From a virus, in the IMG/VR virus record IMGVR_UViG_3300008120_000016, positions 60,720 through 124,719 of that record: DNA of 64,000 nucleotides. One strand, 5' to 3'. The translations under genes and the position numbers were made by a program. A model generated the notes under the pieces. The model was not told the origin of the DNA, searched no databases, and saw nothing but the letters and a program-made list of their open reading frames with translations. How positions within the stretch are numbered: position 1 is the first letter of the stretch; each line of letters begins with the position of its first letter. This document shows positions 40,083 to 48,631 of this stretch, piece by piece.

Positions 40083-40990
40083 GAAATTTCTTTGGTTTTT
40101 AATAATTCTTCAACGTATTTGTAAGAACAAGATTGAGGATTTATATTTTCAAGTTTTACATCGTTATAAGGAAGATTTGTAAAATACGCTGCTTTAAAAA
40201 ATAAATCTTTTCTATCTTCTGTCACACCAGCATTATGAAATATAGGTGCCTCATTCCATCTATCAATGTAACAAGTAGCCCAACAAAAATCTAATCTATT
40301 ATCAACTCTTGTTGGATGACCAAACTTCCAAGCATTCCATAAAAGTGACCACATTCCTGCAGTCCACTTTTGAATAGCATACCCTTCACCTTTATAATTT
40401 GGTTCAGTATCACAAAAATGTTTGTAAAGTTTTATAGAATCTTTTTCAACTTTATCCCAATATTCAGGTGTAGTATTTTTTACAATATGCTGAGCACCTC
40501 CTGAATTTGGATTCATAATTCTAGGAATTAAAGGATCCATTTCCATTACACGACACATATCTAAATAAACATCTTCACCCTTACCAAAAATATAGTTATA
40601 ACCAATATAACCCACAGTATCACTTAAATACCAAGTATTATGGTATTCCATATCTTTAAAATTAACAGGTCTTGTGAAAATTATATCACAATCATGTAAA
40701 AACAAAGGCTGCGTAGTTAATTCAGGATAAGCAGTAAGATGCTGCTTCATTAAATTAAAATAAACAGAAGGAATGTAAAAGTGATCTTCTCTAGTATCAG
40801 GATAAAAAAAGAAACCAACATTATTATAATGTTGTTGTAGTTTTAACCAATCTGGAGGAACTTGCCCATAATGGGCACAAAGAATATTAATATCATTTGG
40901 ATTAACACCGTTTCTAATAAAGTTGTTAATCATTATTTCTACCTGCCATGTATAGTATGGTATAGCAGGTTGTGCACAAATAAACTTCAT
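40070..40990 (-). CDS. GT-A glycosyltransferase, putative protein O-glycosyltransferase (resembles plant HPAT/SERGT1, GT95/GT96)
   Basis: YYTWQVEIM, YIPSV, LFLHDCDIIFTRP (DxD), GGAQHI, QKWTAGMWSLLW. Motif order is recalled as similar to HPAT/SERGT1. The GT-A call is firmer than the family call. Confidence 0.55.
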   Translation of the reverse strand: MKFICAQPAIPYYTWQVEIMINNFIRNGVNPNDINILCAHYGQVPPDWLKLQQHYNNVGFFFYPDTREDHFYIPSVYFNLMKQHLTAYPELTTQPLFLHDCDIIFTRPVNFKDMEYHNTWYLSDTVGYIGYNYIFGKGEDVYLDMCRVMEMDPLIPRIMNPNSGGAQHIVKNTTPEYWDKVEKDSIKLYKHFCDTEPNYKGEGYAIQKWTAGMWSLLWNAWKFGHPTRVDNRLDFCWATCYIDRWNEAPIFHNAGVTEDRKDLFFKAAYFTNLPYNDVKLENINPQSCSYKYVEELLKTKEISCLI

Positions 40991-41010
40991 ATATGTTGGT
41001 TTTTATTATT

Positions 41011-41142
41011 TTAAGCAGGAACAGCTGCTGATTGCGTAAGTCCTACAGCTTCAGCATATTTAAGATAGGTTTCAACACTGGCTTCTATAGTAATGCAACA
41101 ATTGGCATTAGGATTAATTGTTGTAGTTGTAGTAACTGGCAT
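41011..41142 (-). CDS. 43-aa microprotein with the shared C-terminal tag ([43 protein letters not shown])
   Basis: Translated by hand; below the ORF-track cutoff. Its C-terminal 23 aa match the two upstream genes. Confidence 0.85.
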
Positions 41143-41160
41143 GTTTTTTAATTTTAATTA

Positions 41161-41487
41161 TTATGCAGGAACAGCAGCTGACTGCGTCAAACCAACTGCC
41201 TCTGCGTATTTAAGATATGTTTCTATGCTTGCTATTATATTATCAGGAGTACACCTCCATGTAAAACCTTTATCTAAAAGTTTGTTTATTATTCCCATAG
41301 TATCAGTAACACTAATATTATTGTCATTAACAAATTTTAATAATTTGCAAACAATTCCTTCACCATTTACGGTATTACTTTCAACTAATCCCCTATCTAA
41401 AATAGTTAGATAATTAACCGGTCCTACAAAAGCTTTTAAATCTTCAATGCAATTGTAAGTACAACAAATAGGTCTTTGAGTTGGCAT
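41161..41487 (-). CDS. 108-aa protein with the shared C-terminal tag [23 protein letters not shown]
   Basis: ORF track. Internal LD(R/K)G repeat. Tag identical to that of 41507..41965. Confidence 0.8.
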   Translation of the reverse strand: MPTQRPICCTYNCIEDLKAFVGPVNYLTILDRGLVESNTVNGEGIVCKLLKFVNDNNISVTDTMGIINKLLDKGFTWRCTPDNIIASIETYLKYAEAVGLTQSAAVPA

Positions 41488-41506
41488 AATTAATAATTTT
41501 TATAAG

Positions 41507-41965
41507 TTAAGCTGGCACTGCTGCACTTTGAGTTAAACCAACAGCTTCAGCATATTTTAAATAAGTTTCAATAGATGCAAATGTATAATCAGTATTTACA
41601 CCACAATCAGGACAGCATATATTACAAACAGTTGATACAATCCCTTTATCTAAAAGTAAATCAAGAACTTCAGTCCAACTAATAGTAGGATCGGCCACTT
41701 TAGAAGCTTTCATTTGATCAAACAATATATCAAAAGGACTTGTACAAGGTAAATCTAAATCTACATAATCATCACACCCTGCTTTTTTTATACGAATTGT
41801 ATTAGCTGCATCAGGTATTGTATTAGTTGTATATCCAGATATCATATCAGCTTTGCTAATACCGGAATCAAAAGGATTTAAAAAACCATCAGCATCAGAA
41901 AACAAAGAAAAAGTTGTATCAGATGATCCTGCTAATGTTAATTTTATTGTTGCAGATTTTGGCAT
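41507..41965 (-). CDS. 152-aa protein: type-A N-terminal domain + CCPDCG + shared C-terminal tag
   Basis: ORF track. N-terminal domain is paralogous to those of the 272-, 476- and 384-aa proteins. Confidence 0.8.
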   Translation of the reverse strand: MPKSATIKLTLAGSSDTTFSLFSDADGFLNPFDSGISKADMISGYTTNTIPDAANTIRIKKAGCDDYVDLDLPCTSPFDILFDQMKASKVADPTISWTEVLDLLLDKGIVSTVCNICCPDCGVNTDYTFASIETYLKYAEAVGLTQSAAVPA

Positions 41966-41998
41966 ATATTATAATTTTATAAAGGTATGTAATTATTT

Positions 41999-42817
41999 TT
42001 ATCCACAAAGTACCCAATTCCAAATTAATGGATCTAAAGTTCCTATTTGTTGTAATGTTAATGTTATAAATATACTTTGACCTGGTGCAACTGTAGAAGT
42101 TGGAGCAGGTATTATACCACCTTGATCACACAAAAATGTAGGACTATCTTGAACACTTGCACTTATATTTTCTAAAATTACACAAACACAATCTCCACCA
42201 ATTGGAGGAGTAGTTGTAGTTGATGTTGTTGAACTACAAATAGGTATTGTATTTGGAGACACTGTAAAATTAGTTAATGTCCATGTTTTAATACTATTAG
42301 GATCATTACAATCTAAAAGTGTTTTAGTTACATAATTTTGACTAGCAGAAATTGATCCTGTAGGTATAACTAATGATTCAGTAGTAGGAGAACCAATACT
42401 AGGAGTATAAGTAAAACTTAACGTAATCGGAAAAGGAGCAGGTGTAGGTAATCCATTAATTGTATATGCTATACCTACTGGTGCAAATTCTTCATCAAAC
42501 GAACCACCACATATTTTTGTAGATCCTGTTCCTAAACTTAGTACCAAACATTGAATCAATGAAGGTGTAGTTGTACTAGTTGTACCAGGATTAAACGGAT
42601 TAGTTATAGAAATAGTTATTGGATTTGTACAAGCTCCTACAGATGTTAAAGTAACACTTGTTGCAGTAGGATCGGTTAATGTAAAAAGTTCCCCTCCTCC
42701 CAAAAGACCTGCAGCTGTAGCAGTAGTAGGATTTATAGATCCCACATTTGGAGAAATTGTAAAAGTAGGTCCTAAACCAGAACCTAGAGGACTATTTAAT
42801 TGTACTAATATATTCAT
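41999..42817 (-). CDS. Thr/Cys-rich putative virion surface protein (type-A N-domain), 272 aa
   Basis: GPTFTI N-domain. TTSTTT linkers. PAPFPIT domain shared with the 704-aa protein. Confidence 0.75.
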   Translation of the reverse strand: MNILVQLNSPLGSGLGPTFTISPNVGSINPTTATAAGLLGGGELFTLTDPTATSVTLTSVGACTNPITISITNPFNPGTTSTTTPSLIQCLVLSLGTGSTKICGGSFDEEFAPVGIAYTINGLPTPAPFPITLSFTYTPSIGSPTTESLVIPTGSISASQNYVTKTLLDCNDPNSIKTWTLTNFTVSPNTIPICSSTTSTTTTPPIGGDCVCVILENISASVQDSPTFLCDQGGIIPAPTSTVAPGQSIFITLTLQQIGTLDPLIWNWVLCG

Positions 42818-42830
42818 TTTATATTAATTA

Positions 42831-43847
42831 TTATGGAACACAATCAAGATTGTTTGCACATGTTACTACACCACCGTTAACTACTATACCTAACTCAGTT
42901 ATAGCTGGTACTGTTTCAGAACAAACATAATCTGTAGTATTGCCTGCAAGAGAAACAGTGGTAAATCCAGAACCACCACATTGAGTATACTGATAGTTAA
43001 GTGGATCAGGAGTAGTATTTTCTACTGAGTAACATTTGCAAGGCGATGATGTTGTAGTAGAAGTTGTTGGGAAAAAACAATCAGGACATCCAGGACAAGA
43101 TGAACCAGTTGGCAACCATACCGCTGTATTACCATAACGAACAGTTGGTGGAATACATCCACAAACACATTTATATGTAATACTTCCTACTGTATCAATT
43201 GATACCCATTGACCTGTAACACAATCAATATATTCAGCAGCAGGTAGAGAACCACCAGCCATACTACTTGTTTGTGTTATTGTTATATCATATGCTTTAC
43301 ATTGAAGTGATCCTGGTGGACAACCAACACAAAGACTTGGGTCTATTATTATTGGTTCGTCAATAGTTGTAGTGGTTGTTGGAGCTGGAGGTATTGTTGT
43401 TGGAGCTTGTGTTGTTGGAAGAACAACGAAAGCACTACCACCATTATAAGTACAAGATACTGTTGTAGTACTTGTAGTAGAACTAGTAGTTGTGCTAGTA
43501 GAACTAGTAGTTGTAGTTGGTGCAATTGTTGTAGTTGTTGTTAAAATAGTAGCAGTCAATGTGCCAAATCTACAATCTCTTAATGTTGTTGTAGCTACTG
43601 GTCCTAATTTACAAATCTCATCATTAATGATTTGTATAATTTCACATAAAGTTGTACCATTTTTTATACCATAACATAGTAAATCTTCTCCTATATATCT
43701 TACACATTCGCAATCATACAACTCATCACATTGTTCTCCAATACAAGGAATAGTAGTTGTGCTTGTTGTACTAGTTGTAGTACAAGGTTTGTGACACGGA
43801 TTCGGATCACAACCACAACCAGAATTACATCCACAATTACATGACAT
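42831..43847 (-). CDS. Mucin-like Cys/Thr-rich protein (type-B N-domain), 338 aa
   Basis: MSCNCGC...CECVRYIGEDLLC. Long TTTTSSTSTTT tracts. CxCY module. Confidence 0.75.
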   Translation of the reverse strand: MSCNCGCNSGCGCDPNPCHKPCTTTSTTSTTTIPCIGEQCDELYDCECVRYIGEDLLCYGIKNGTTLCEIIQIINDEICKLGPVATTTLRDCRFGTLTATILTTTTTIAPTTTTSSTSTTTSSTTSTTTVSCTYNGGSAFVVLPTTQAPTTIPPAPTTTTTIDEPIIIDPSLCVGCPPGSLQCKAYDITITQTSSMAGGSLPAAEYIDCVTGQWVSIDTVGSITYKCVCGCIPPTVRYGNTAVWLPTGSSCPGCPDCFFPTTSTTTSSPCKCYSVENTTPDPLNYQYTQCGGSGFTTVSLAGNTTDYVCSETVPAITELGIVVNGGVVTCANNLDCVP

Positions 43848-43885
43848 TTTTATAAATTTTTATTACTTTAAAAAAATACTAATTA

Positions 43886-45316
43886 TTATCCACATTCAAA
43901 AAATGTATTTACCCAACCAGGACCAGGTTCAGTACTATTACCTACACCATAACAAATACGTCCTCCAGGAGCTACAATCTGAGCTACTTTAAGAACACCA
44001 TTACAATCTTTGTAATTTATAGAAAGTGGTGCATTTGTTACATTTTGCCATTGTTCACAACCAATACATGTTGCAGGAGCAACAGTCCAATCTCCAGTAG
44101 CTTGTAACAATAATGCTTGTATACCGGTAATTTGAATTATATCAGAACCTCCATTTGCAATTGGCCCTGGTGGAAGATAATCCTGTGCACATAGTAAATT
44201 AGGATAATCTACTGTTAATTCTATTGTAGAACCAGAAATATTTGTCACTTCATAACATTTACATTGATCATCGAAAACTCTTGCTGTAGTAGTTGTTGTT
44301 ACAAGACTACCTGCATTACAAGTATTTACAACACTATGTGTTTTAAGTGTACCAACAGAATCTTTAAAAACCATCCAATAAGTCCCGTCAGGTAAAGGAG
44401 TACCTGGAACTAAACCACCTGGAGCATAAGCAAAACTTCCTTCAGGACCTAGCAATGTCCAATCTGTATTTGCTAAAGCACCTGCTTCAGTTGAAAAAAC
44501 AAAAGGAGATGCTGAATAAGGAGGAACTCCTCCAACAGTACGAGCTATATCAACACGGAAGTTTACTCCACTACAATAAGTTCTGTAGACAAAATCAAAA
44601 GGAATAAATATAGTTCCATTTGTTGTTGTTGCTGTAAAACATGATCCTGTTATATTACCGGTTACATCAATATTAACTTGAGGAGCACCTGCTCCAGCAA
44701 TTCCTATTGTACCAGTATACCCTAATGGAACAGGTGGATCAAACTTAACATAAATTACTTTTGGGTTTGGATTAATAAATCCACCACTTGATGAATTAAA
44801 TGTAATACTAGTTGACCAAGGACCAGTTACAGATTCAGATATACCAAATACTATTGTTGGTGATTGTATAATAATATTACTATTTGGAAATAAATTTTGT
44901 CCTGTTAATGTAAATGATTTAATCCACGGAGTTCCAGGAATAACACAAGGATCAAAAAATTCAATTTGATTCACGTTAGACTGAATTACTCTTCGTGAAG
45001 AAATTGTGGTAGTAGATGTTGGATTTCCAGAAGATGTTGTGGTACTTGTTGTATCTTCAATTACACAACATCTTAACGGCTTACCACATAATCCTTCTAT
45101 TGTAACTTTTTTACTAGAACTGCATTGACCTCCTGTTGATTGTAATGTTATATTTTCAACATTATCATCTACAGTTACAATAGCTCCTGTAGGAGATAAT
45201 AAATCAATTAATGTAACTTGTGTAGGAAAAACAGTTCCTACGTTAGGAATAACATTAAATGTTGGACCTATTGAGGAACCACTTGGTAAATCTGTTATTT
45301 TTAATACTACTTGCAT
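43886..45316 (-). CDS. Thr/Cys-rich putative virion surface protein (type-A N-domain), 476 aa
   Basis: GPTFNV N-domain. Ig-like/beta-rich middle region. CKCY module. Confidence 0.75.
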   Translation of the reverse strand: MQVVLKITDLPSGSSIGPTFNVIPNVGTVFPTQVTLIDLLSPTGAIVTVDDNVENITLQSTGGQCSSSKKVTIEGLCGKPLRCCVIEDTTSTTTSSGNPTSTTTISSRRVIQSNVNQIEFFDPCVIPGTPWIKSFTLTGQNLFPNSNIIIQSPTIVFGISESVTGPWSTSITFNSSSGGFINPNPKVIYVKFDPPVPLGYTGTIGIAGAGAPQVNIDVTGNITGSCFTATTTNGTIFIPFDFVYRTYCSGVNFRVDIARTVGGVPPYSASPFVFSTEAGALANTDWTLLGPEGSFAYAPGGLVPGTPLPDGTYWMVFKDSVGTLKTHSVVNTCNAGSLVTTTTTARVFDDQCKCYEVTNISGSTIELTVDYPNLLCAQDYLPPGPIANGGSDIIQITGIQALLLQATGDWTVAPATCIGCEQWQNVTNAPLSINYKDCNGVLKVAQIVAPGGRICYGVGNSTEPGPGWVNTFFECG

Positions 45317-45334
45317 TAATTAAATATTTATAAA

Positions 45335-47449
45335 TTAATCACAACCACCAGGAAGACATTGTATAGAAATACTAACACTATCAGTTGGATTTATAATAAC
45401 ATTTGGTACTTGTACAACTGGTTCAAATGTGAATTGTTGTGAATAAGTTGTTATGTTTCCAAATGTATCTGTAACTTCTACATACATTATTCCACAATTT
45501 CCTGTTCCTGGAGTATTACTATTAACATTTAATTGTATCAAATTAGTTGATCCAAAATTAATTACAGTATTTGTAAGACTTATAAAGCCAGATTGAGTAT
45601 TTGTTAAAGGATATGGTGCTGATAAAGTTAAATTATTACCATTTATACTAGAACTTAGTATACTACCACCACCACAATTTTCATTTCTTACAGTGACAGT
45701 AGCAGTACCACCAGTACCACCTGATGAACTAGTAGTTGTAGTTGGAGCAAATGGTCCATTGTATGCTAATTGATTTGATGGCACACTAGAACCATTAGAA
45801 CAAATTTGAACAATTCTAAATAATGTCGGTCCTGTAGGAATGGTAAATAAACGAGGTGATGTACAACTTCCTGTAAAACTACTCCATGTAGTTCCACCAT
45901 TAGTTGAACTTTCAATTGTTATGGCTTGACATGGTAAACAACCAGCACTTGTATCAGTGGTAAAATTAAGACTTAAATCACTTCCATTATTAACTATACT
46001 ATTAAATGTTGGAGCACAACAAATTTCATTTGCAGGACAAAATACAGAACTTACAAAACTAACACTCCAATCACCTGAGCTTGCTAAAGCAGAAGCTGTT
46101 GATGATGATATTTCTACTCTACAAGTATCTCCAGGTGCAACAACACCGCAATTTAAAGTACTTGTTCTACAAAATATTGCAGGACCGGGATCTATTGGGC
46201 TTTGACTAATATTTGTTATATCGTAACAATTACATCCACTAGGAGCAGCTGTTGTAGTACTAGTAGTTACAGTACTGCATAAAGGAATTGTACCAGGAGA
46301 TAAAACAAAGTTTGTTAATGTCCATGTTGTTATAGTATTTCTTTCTGTACAATCTAAAATTGTTCTTATTAGCCATTGATCACTTGCAGATGATGCACCT
46401 GTTGGTATAGTTAAATTTTCTACTGTAAATCCACCTGTAGAAATTGTATAATCAAAGCTATAAGTAATTGGGAAAGGTGCTGGTGCAGGAACTCCTCCCA
46501 CTAAATACATTATTGTTAAAACTCTAGTTTGTTCTAGTAAATCTTCACAAACATCACTATTTACTATATTACTAGCAACAACAACACAACCCAATGGTGG
46601 AGCTGCTGTGGTAGGAGCAGATGTAGTTGGTGCTGCTGTGGTAGGTGCTGCAGTAGTACTAGTCGTAGGAGCAGCTGTCGTAGGAGCACTAGTAGTTGGA
46701 GCAGCTGTTGTTGGTGCAATAGTTGTACTGGTTGAAGTTGTTTGACAATCGCCATCATCATTACATAGTACATTATTTGTATTAGTTATAAATTCATCTC
46801 CTGGTTCAAGAGAAACAATACTATTTTGTTTAGCACATATGTAAATTGTTTCAGTGGCATCAACATAACCATTACTATCTTGCCCTTCACAATTTTTATA
46901 AGTAAAATTTACACCATCTGTATTTGGCCCAGCATATACACTATAGCAATAACATGGTGCTGCTGTTGTCGGGGCAACTGTTGTACTAGTTGTCGGTGCT
47001 GCTGTAGTCGGAGCAATAGTGGTAGTACTAGTTGTGGGAGCTAAAGTTGTAGTAGTTGGTGCAACAGTTGTTGTTGTAGGTATACTAGTAGTAGTTGTAA
47101 TTGGAGGATTATTTAAACAACCAATAGGACCACTATATCCCGTTATACTACCAAACAATCGACAATCATTTATTACAAGATAACCATCTATAACACAATT
47201 AAGAGTAGTAGTTGTTGTTAAACAATTATCTAACCCTAATATTTGAATAATATTTTGAAAAACTTTTGTTACTCTATCACCTTTAACAACATTAATACAA
47301 TTAAGATTTCTTCCTGAATAAATGACACAATCAGACGATACAACAGTTTCGCATTCAGGAGGACATGTTGTAGTAGTACAAATTAAAGAAGATGCCACTG
47401 GTTTACAGCAACACTCTTTATTTTTTATTGGACCACAAGTACAGGACAT
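45335..47449 (-). CDS. Mucin-like Cys/Thr-rich protein (type-B N-domain), 704 aa
   Basis: SSDCVIYSGRNLNC..GD N-domain. Tandem PTTAA/PTTS repeats. CxCY modules. Confidence 0.8.
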   Translation of the reverse strand: MSCTCGPIKNKECCCKPVASSLICTTTTCPPECETVVSSDCVIYSGRNLNCINVVKGDRVTKVFQNIIQILGLDNCLTTTTTLNCVIDGYLVINDCRLFGSITGYSGPIGCLNNPPITTTTSIPTTTTVAPTTTTLAPTTSTTTIAPTTAAPTTSTTVAPTTAAPCYCYSVYAGPNTDGVNFTYKNCEGQDSNGYVDATETIYICAKQNSIVSLEPGDEFITNTNNVLCNDDGDCQTTSTSTTIAPTTAAPTTSAPTTAAPTTSTTAAPTTAAPTTSAPTTAAPPLGCVVVASNIVNSDVCEDLLEQTRVLTIMYLVGGVPAPAPFPITYSFDYTISTGGFTVENLTIPTGASSASDQWLIRTILDCTERNTITTWTLTNFVLSPGTIPLCSTVTTSTTTAAPSGCNCYDITNISQSPIDPGPAIFCRTSTLNCGVVAPGDTCRVEISSSTASALASSGDWSVSFVSSVFCPANEICCAPTFNSIVNNGSDLSLNFTTDTSAGCLPCQAITIESSTNGGTTWSSFTGSCTSPRLFTIPTGPTLFRIVQICSNGSSVPSNQLAYNGPFAPTTTTSSSGGTGGTATVTVRNENCGGGSILSSSINGNNLTLSAPYPLTNTQSGFISLTNTVINFGSTNLIQLNVNSNTPGTGNCGIMYVEVTDTFGNITTYSQQFTFEPVVQVPNVIINPTDSVSISIQCLPGGCD
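46597..46740 (-). repeat. Tandem pentapeptide repeats PTTAA/PTTS(A/T) encoded with diversified codons
   Basis: TTIAPTTAAPTTSAPTTAAPTTSTTAAPTTAAPTTSAPTTAAPP. Similar tracts occur at ~46960-47100, ~48195-48365 and ~50240-50360. Confidence 0.9.
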
Positions 47450-47467
47450 TTATTAAAATTTTAAAAT

Positions 47468-48622
47468 TTAAGGTGATGTGGTTGTTGAACAATATAGATT
47501 TGGTTGATCACAAGGGAATCTTTCAAGATCAAAACATGTTTGACTACCTACAGCATCAACAAGTGAACAAGGTGCACCAGGTAGATTAACTTCAGCACAA
47601 CAAATCTTTGTCTGGGTAAAGCCACCACTACGTGTTGTTGATGATGTAGTTGTAATTGCAGGACACCCGTTAATTGCTGTTATTACACCACTACCATTTA
47701 CTGTCATACATTTTATACCTTCCGAATAGAATCCACCAGTAACTGGAATTGTCATTGCAACATTTGTATATAAAATGCAACCTACTGCTAATGGAGCAGG
47801 ACATGGACTGTAATATTGAGATATAAGATTACCACTACAATTACATGCACTAGATGTAAAGTTATTTGGATCACATGTTTGTATACTATAACATAAATTA
47901 TGTATTGTTACAGGACGTGCTGTACTAGTTGTTGTTTCAGGAGGTAAAGTAGTAATAATACTTCCTGTTGTTGTATTAGTAACTCCACAAAATCCAAAAC
48001 AAGGAACATTTCCTACTATAGTAAATCCTTGACCTAAAATTGAGCCTTGAGCAGCACAAAATTCTTTTGTACTATCTGCAGCTATTGTTCCTGTTTCTGA
48101 ATTACCATCGCAATTTAAAAATGTGTAAGATCTATTTGGAAAACCAAAAGGATCTGTATTAGCTATTGTATAACATCTACATACAATTGGAGCAGCTGTA
48201 GTTGGTGCTAATGTAGTTGTTGGTGCTGCGGTAGTAGGGGCTGCCGTAGTTGGAGCTATTGTAGTTGTACTTGTAGTTGGTGTTGCAGTACTTGTACTTG
48301 TAGTTGGAATTATAGGTATTGTAGTAGTTGTAGTTATACCTGATGATGTTGTAGTTGTAACAACAGGAATAGTACCTGGTGTAACAGGTACAGTTTTGTC
48401 AACATAATAATCATTACATAGTTGACTTTTTGATTTTAATCTAACTTTTACTACATCATTTGGTACAGATATAGTATACCCACCTGGAGGTAAAAATGAT
48501 GATTTTGGAACATTGGTAGGCCCGTTTCCTATAACAACTCCTAAAGCATTTAAATAGAATACATCATACGGACCCAAGTCCGTACCTGATATAGTCATTA
48601 ATATATTTATAAGTTTAGCCAT
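47468..48622 (-). CDS. Mucin-like Thr/Cys-rich protein (type-A N-domain), 384 aa
   Basis: GTDLGPYDVF...VPNDVVKVRLKS..LCNDYYVD N-domain. PTTAA repeats. CRCY module. Confidence 0.8.
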   Translation of the reverse strand: MAKLINILMTISGTDLGPYDVFYLNALGVVIGNGPTNVPKSSFLPPGGYTISVPNDVVKVRLKSKSQLCNDYYVDKTVPVTPGTIPVVTTTTSSGITTTTTIPIIPTTSTSTATPTTSTTTIAPTTAAPTTAAPTTTLAPTTAAPIVCRCYTIANTDPFGFPNRSYTFLNCDGNSETGTIAADSTKEFCAAQGSILGQGFTIVGNVPCFGFCGVTNTTTGSIITTLPPETTTSTARPVTIHNLCYSIQTCDPNNFTSSACNCSGNLISQYYSPCPAPLAVGCILYTNVAMTIPVTGGFYSEGIKCMTVNGSGVITAINGCPAITTTSSTTRSGGFTQTKICCAEVNLPGAPCSLVDAVGSQTCFDLERFPCDQPNLYCSTTTSP

Positions 48623-48631
48623 TTTTTACAT

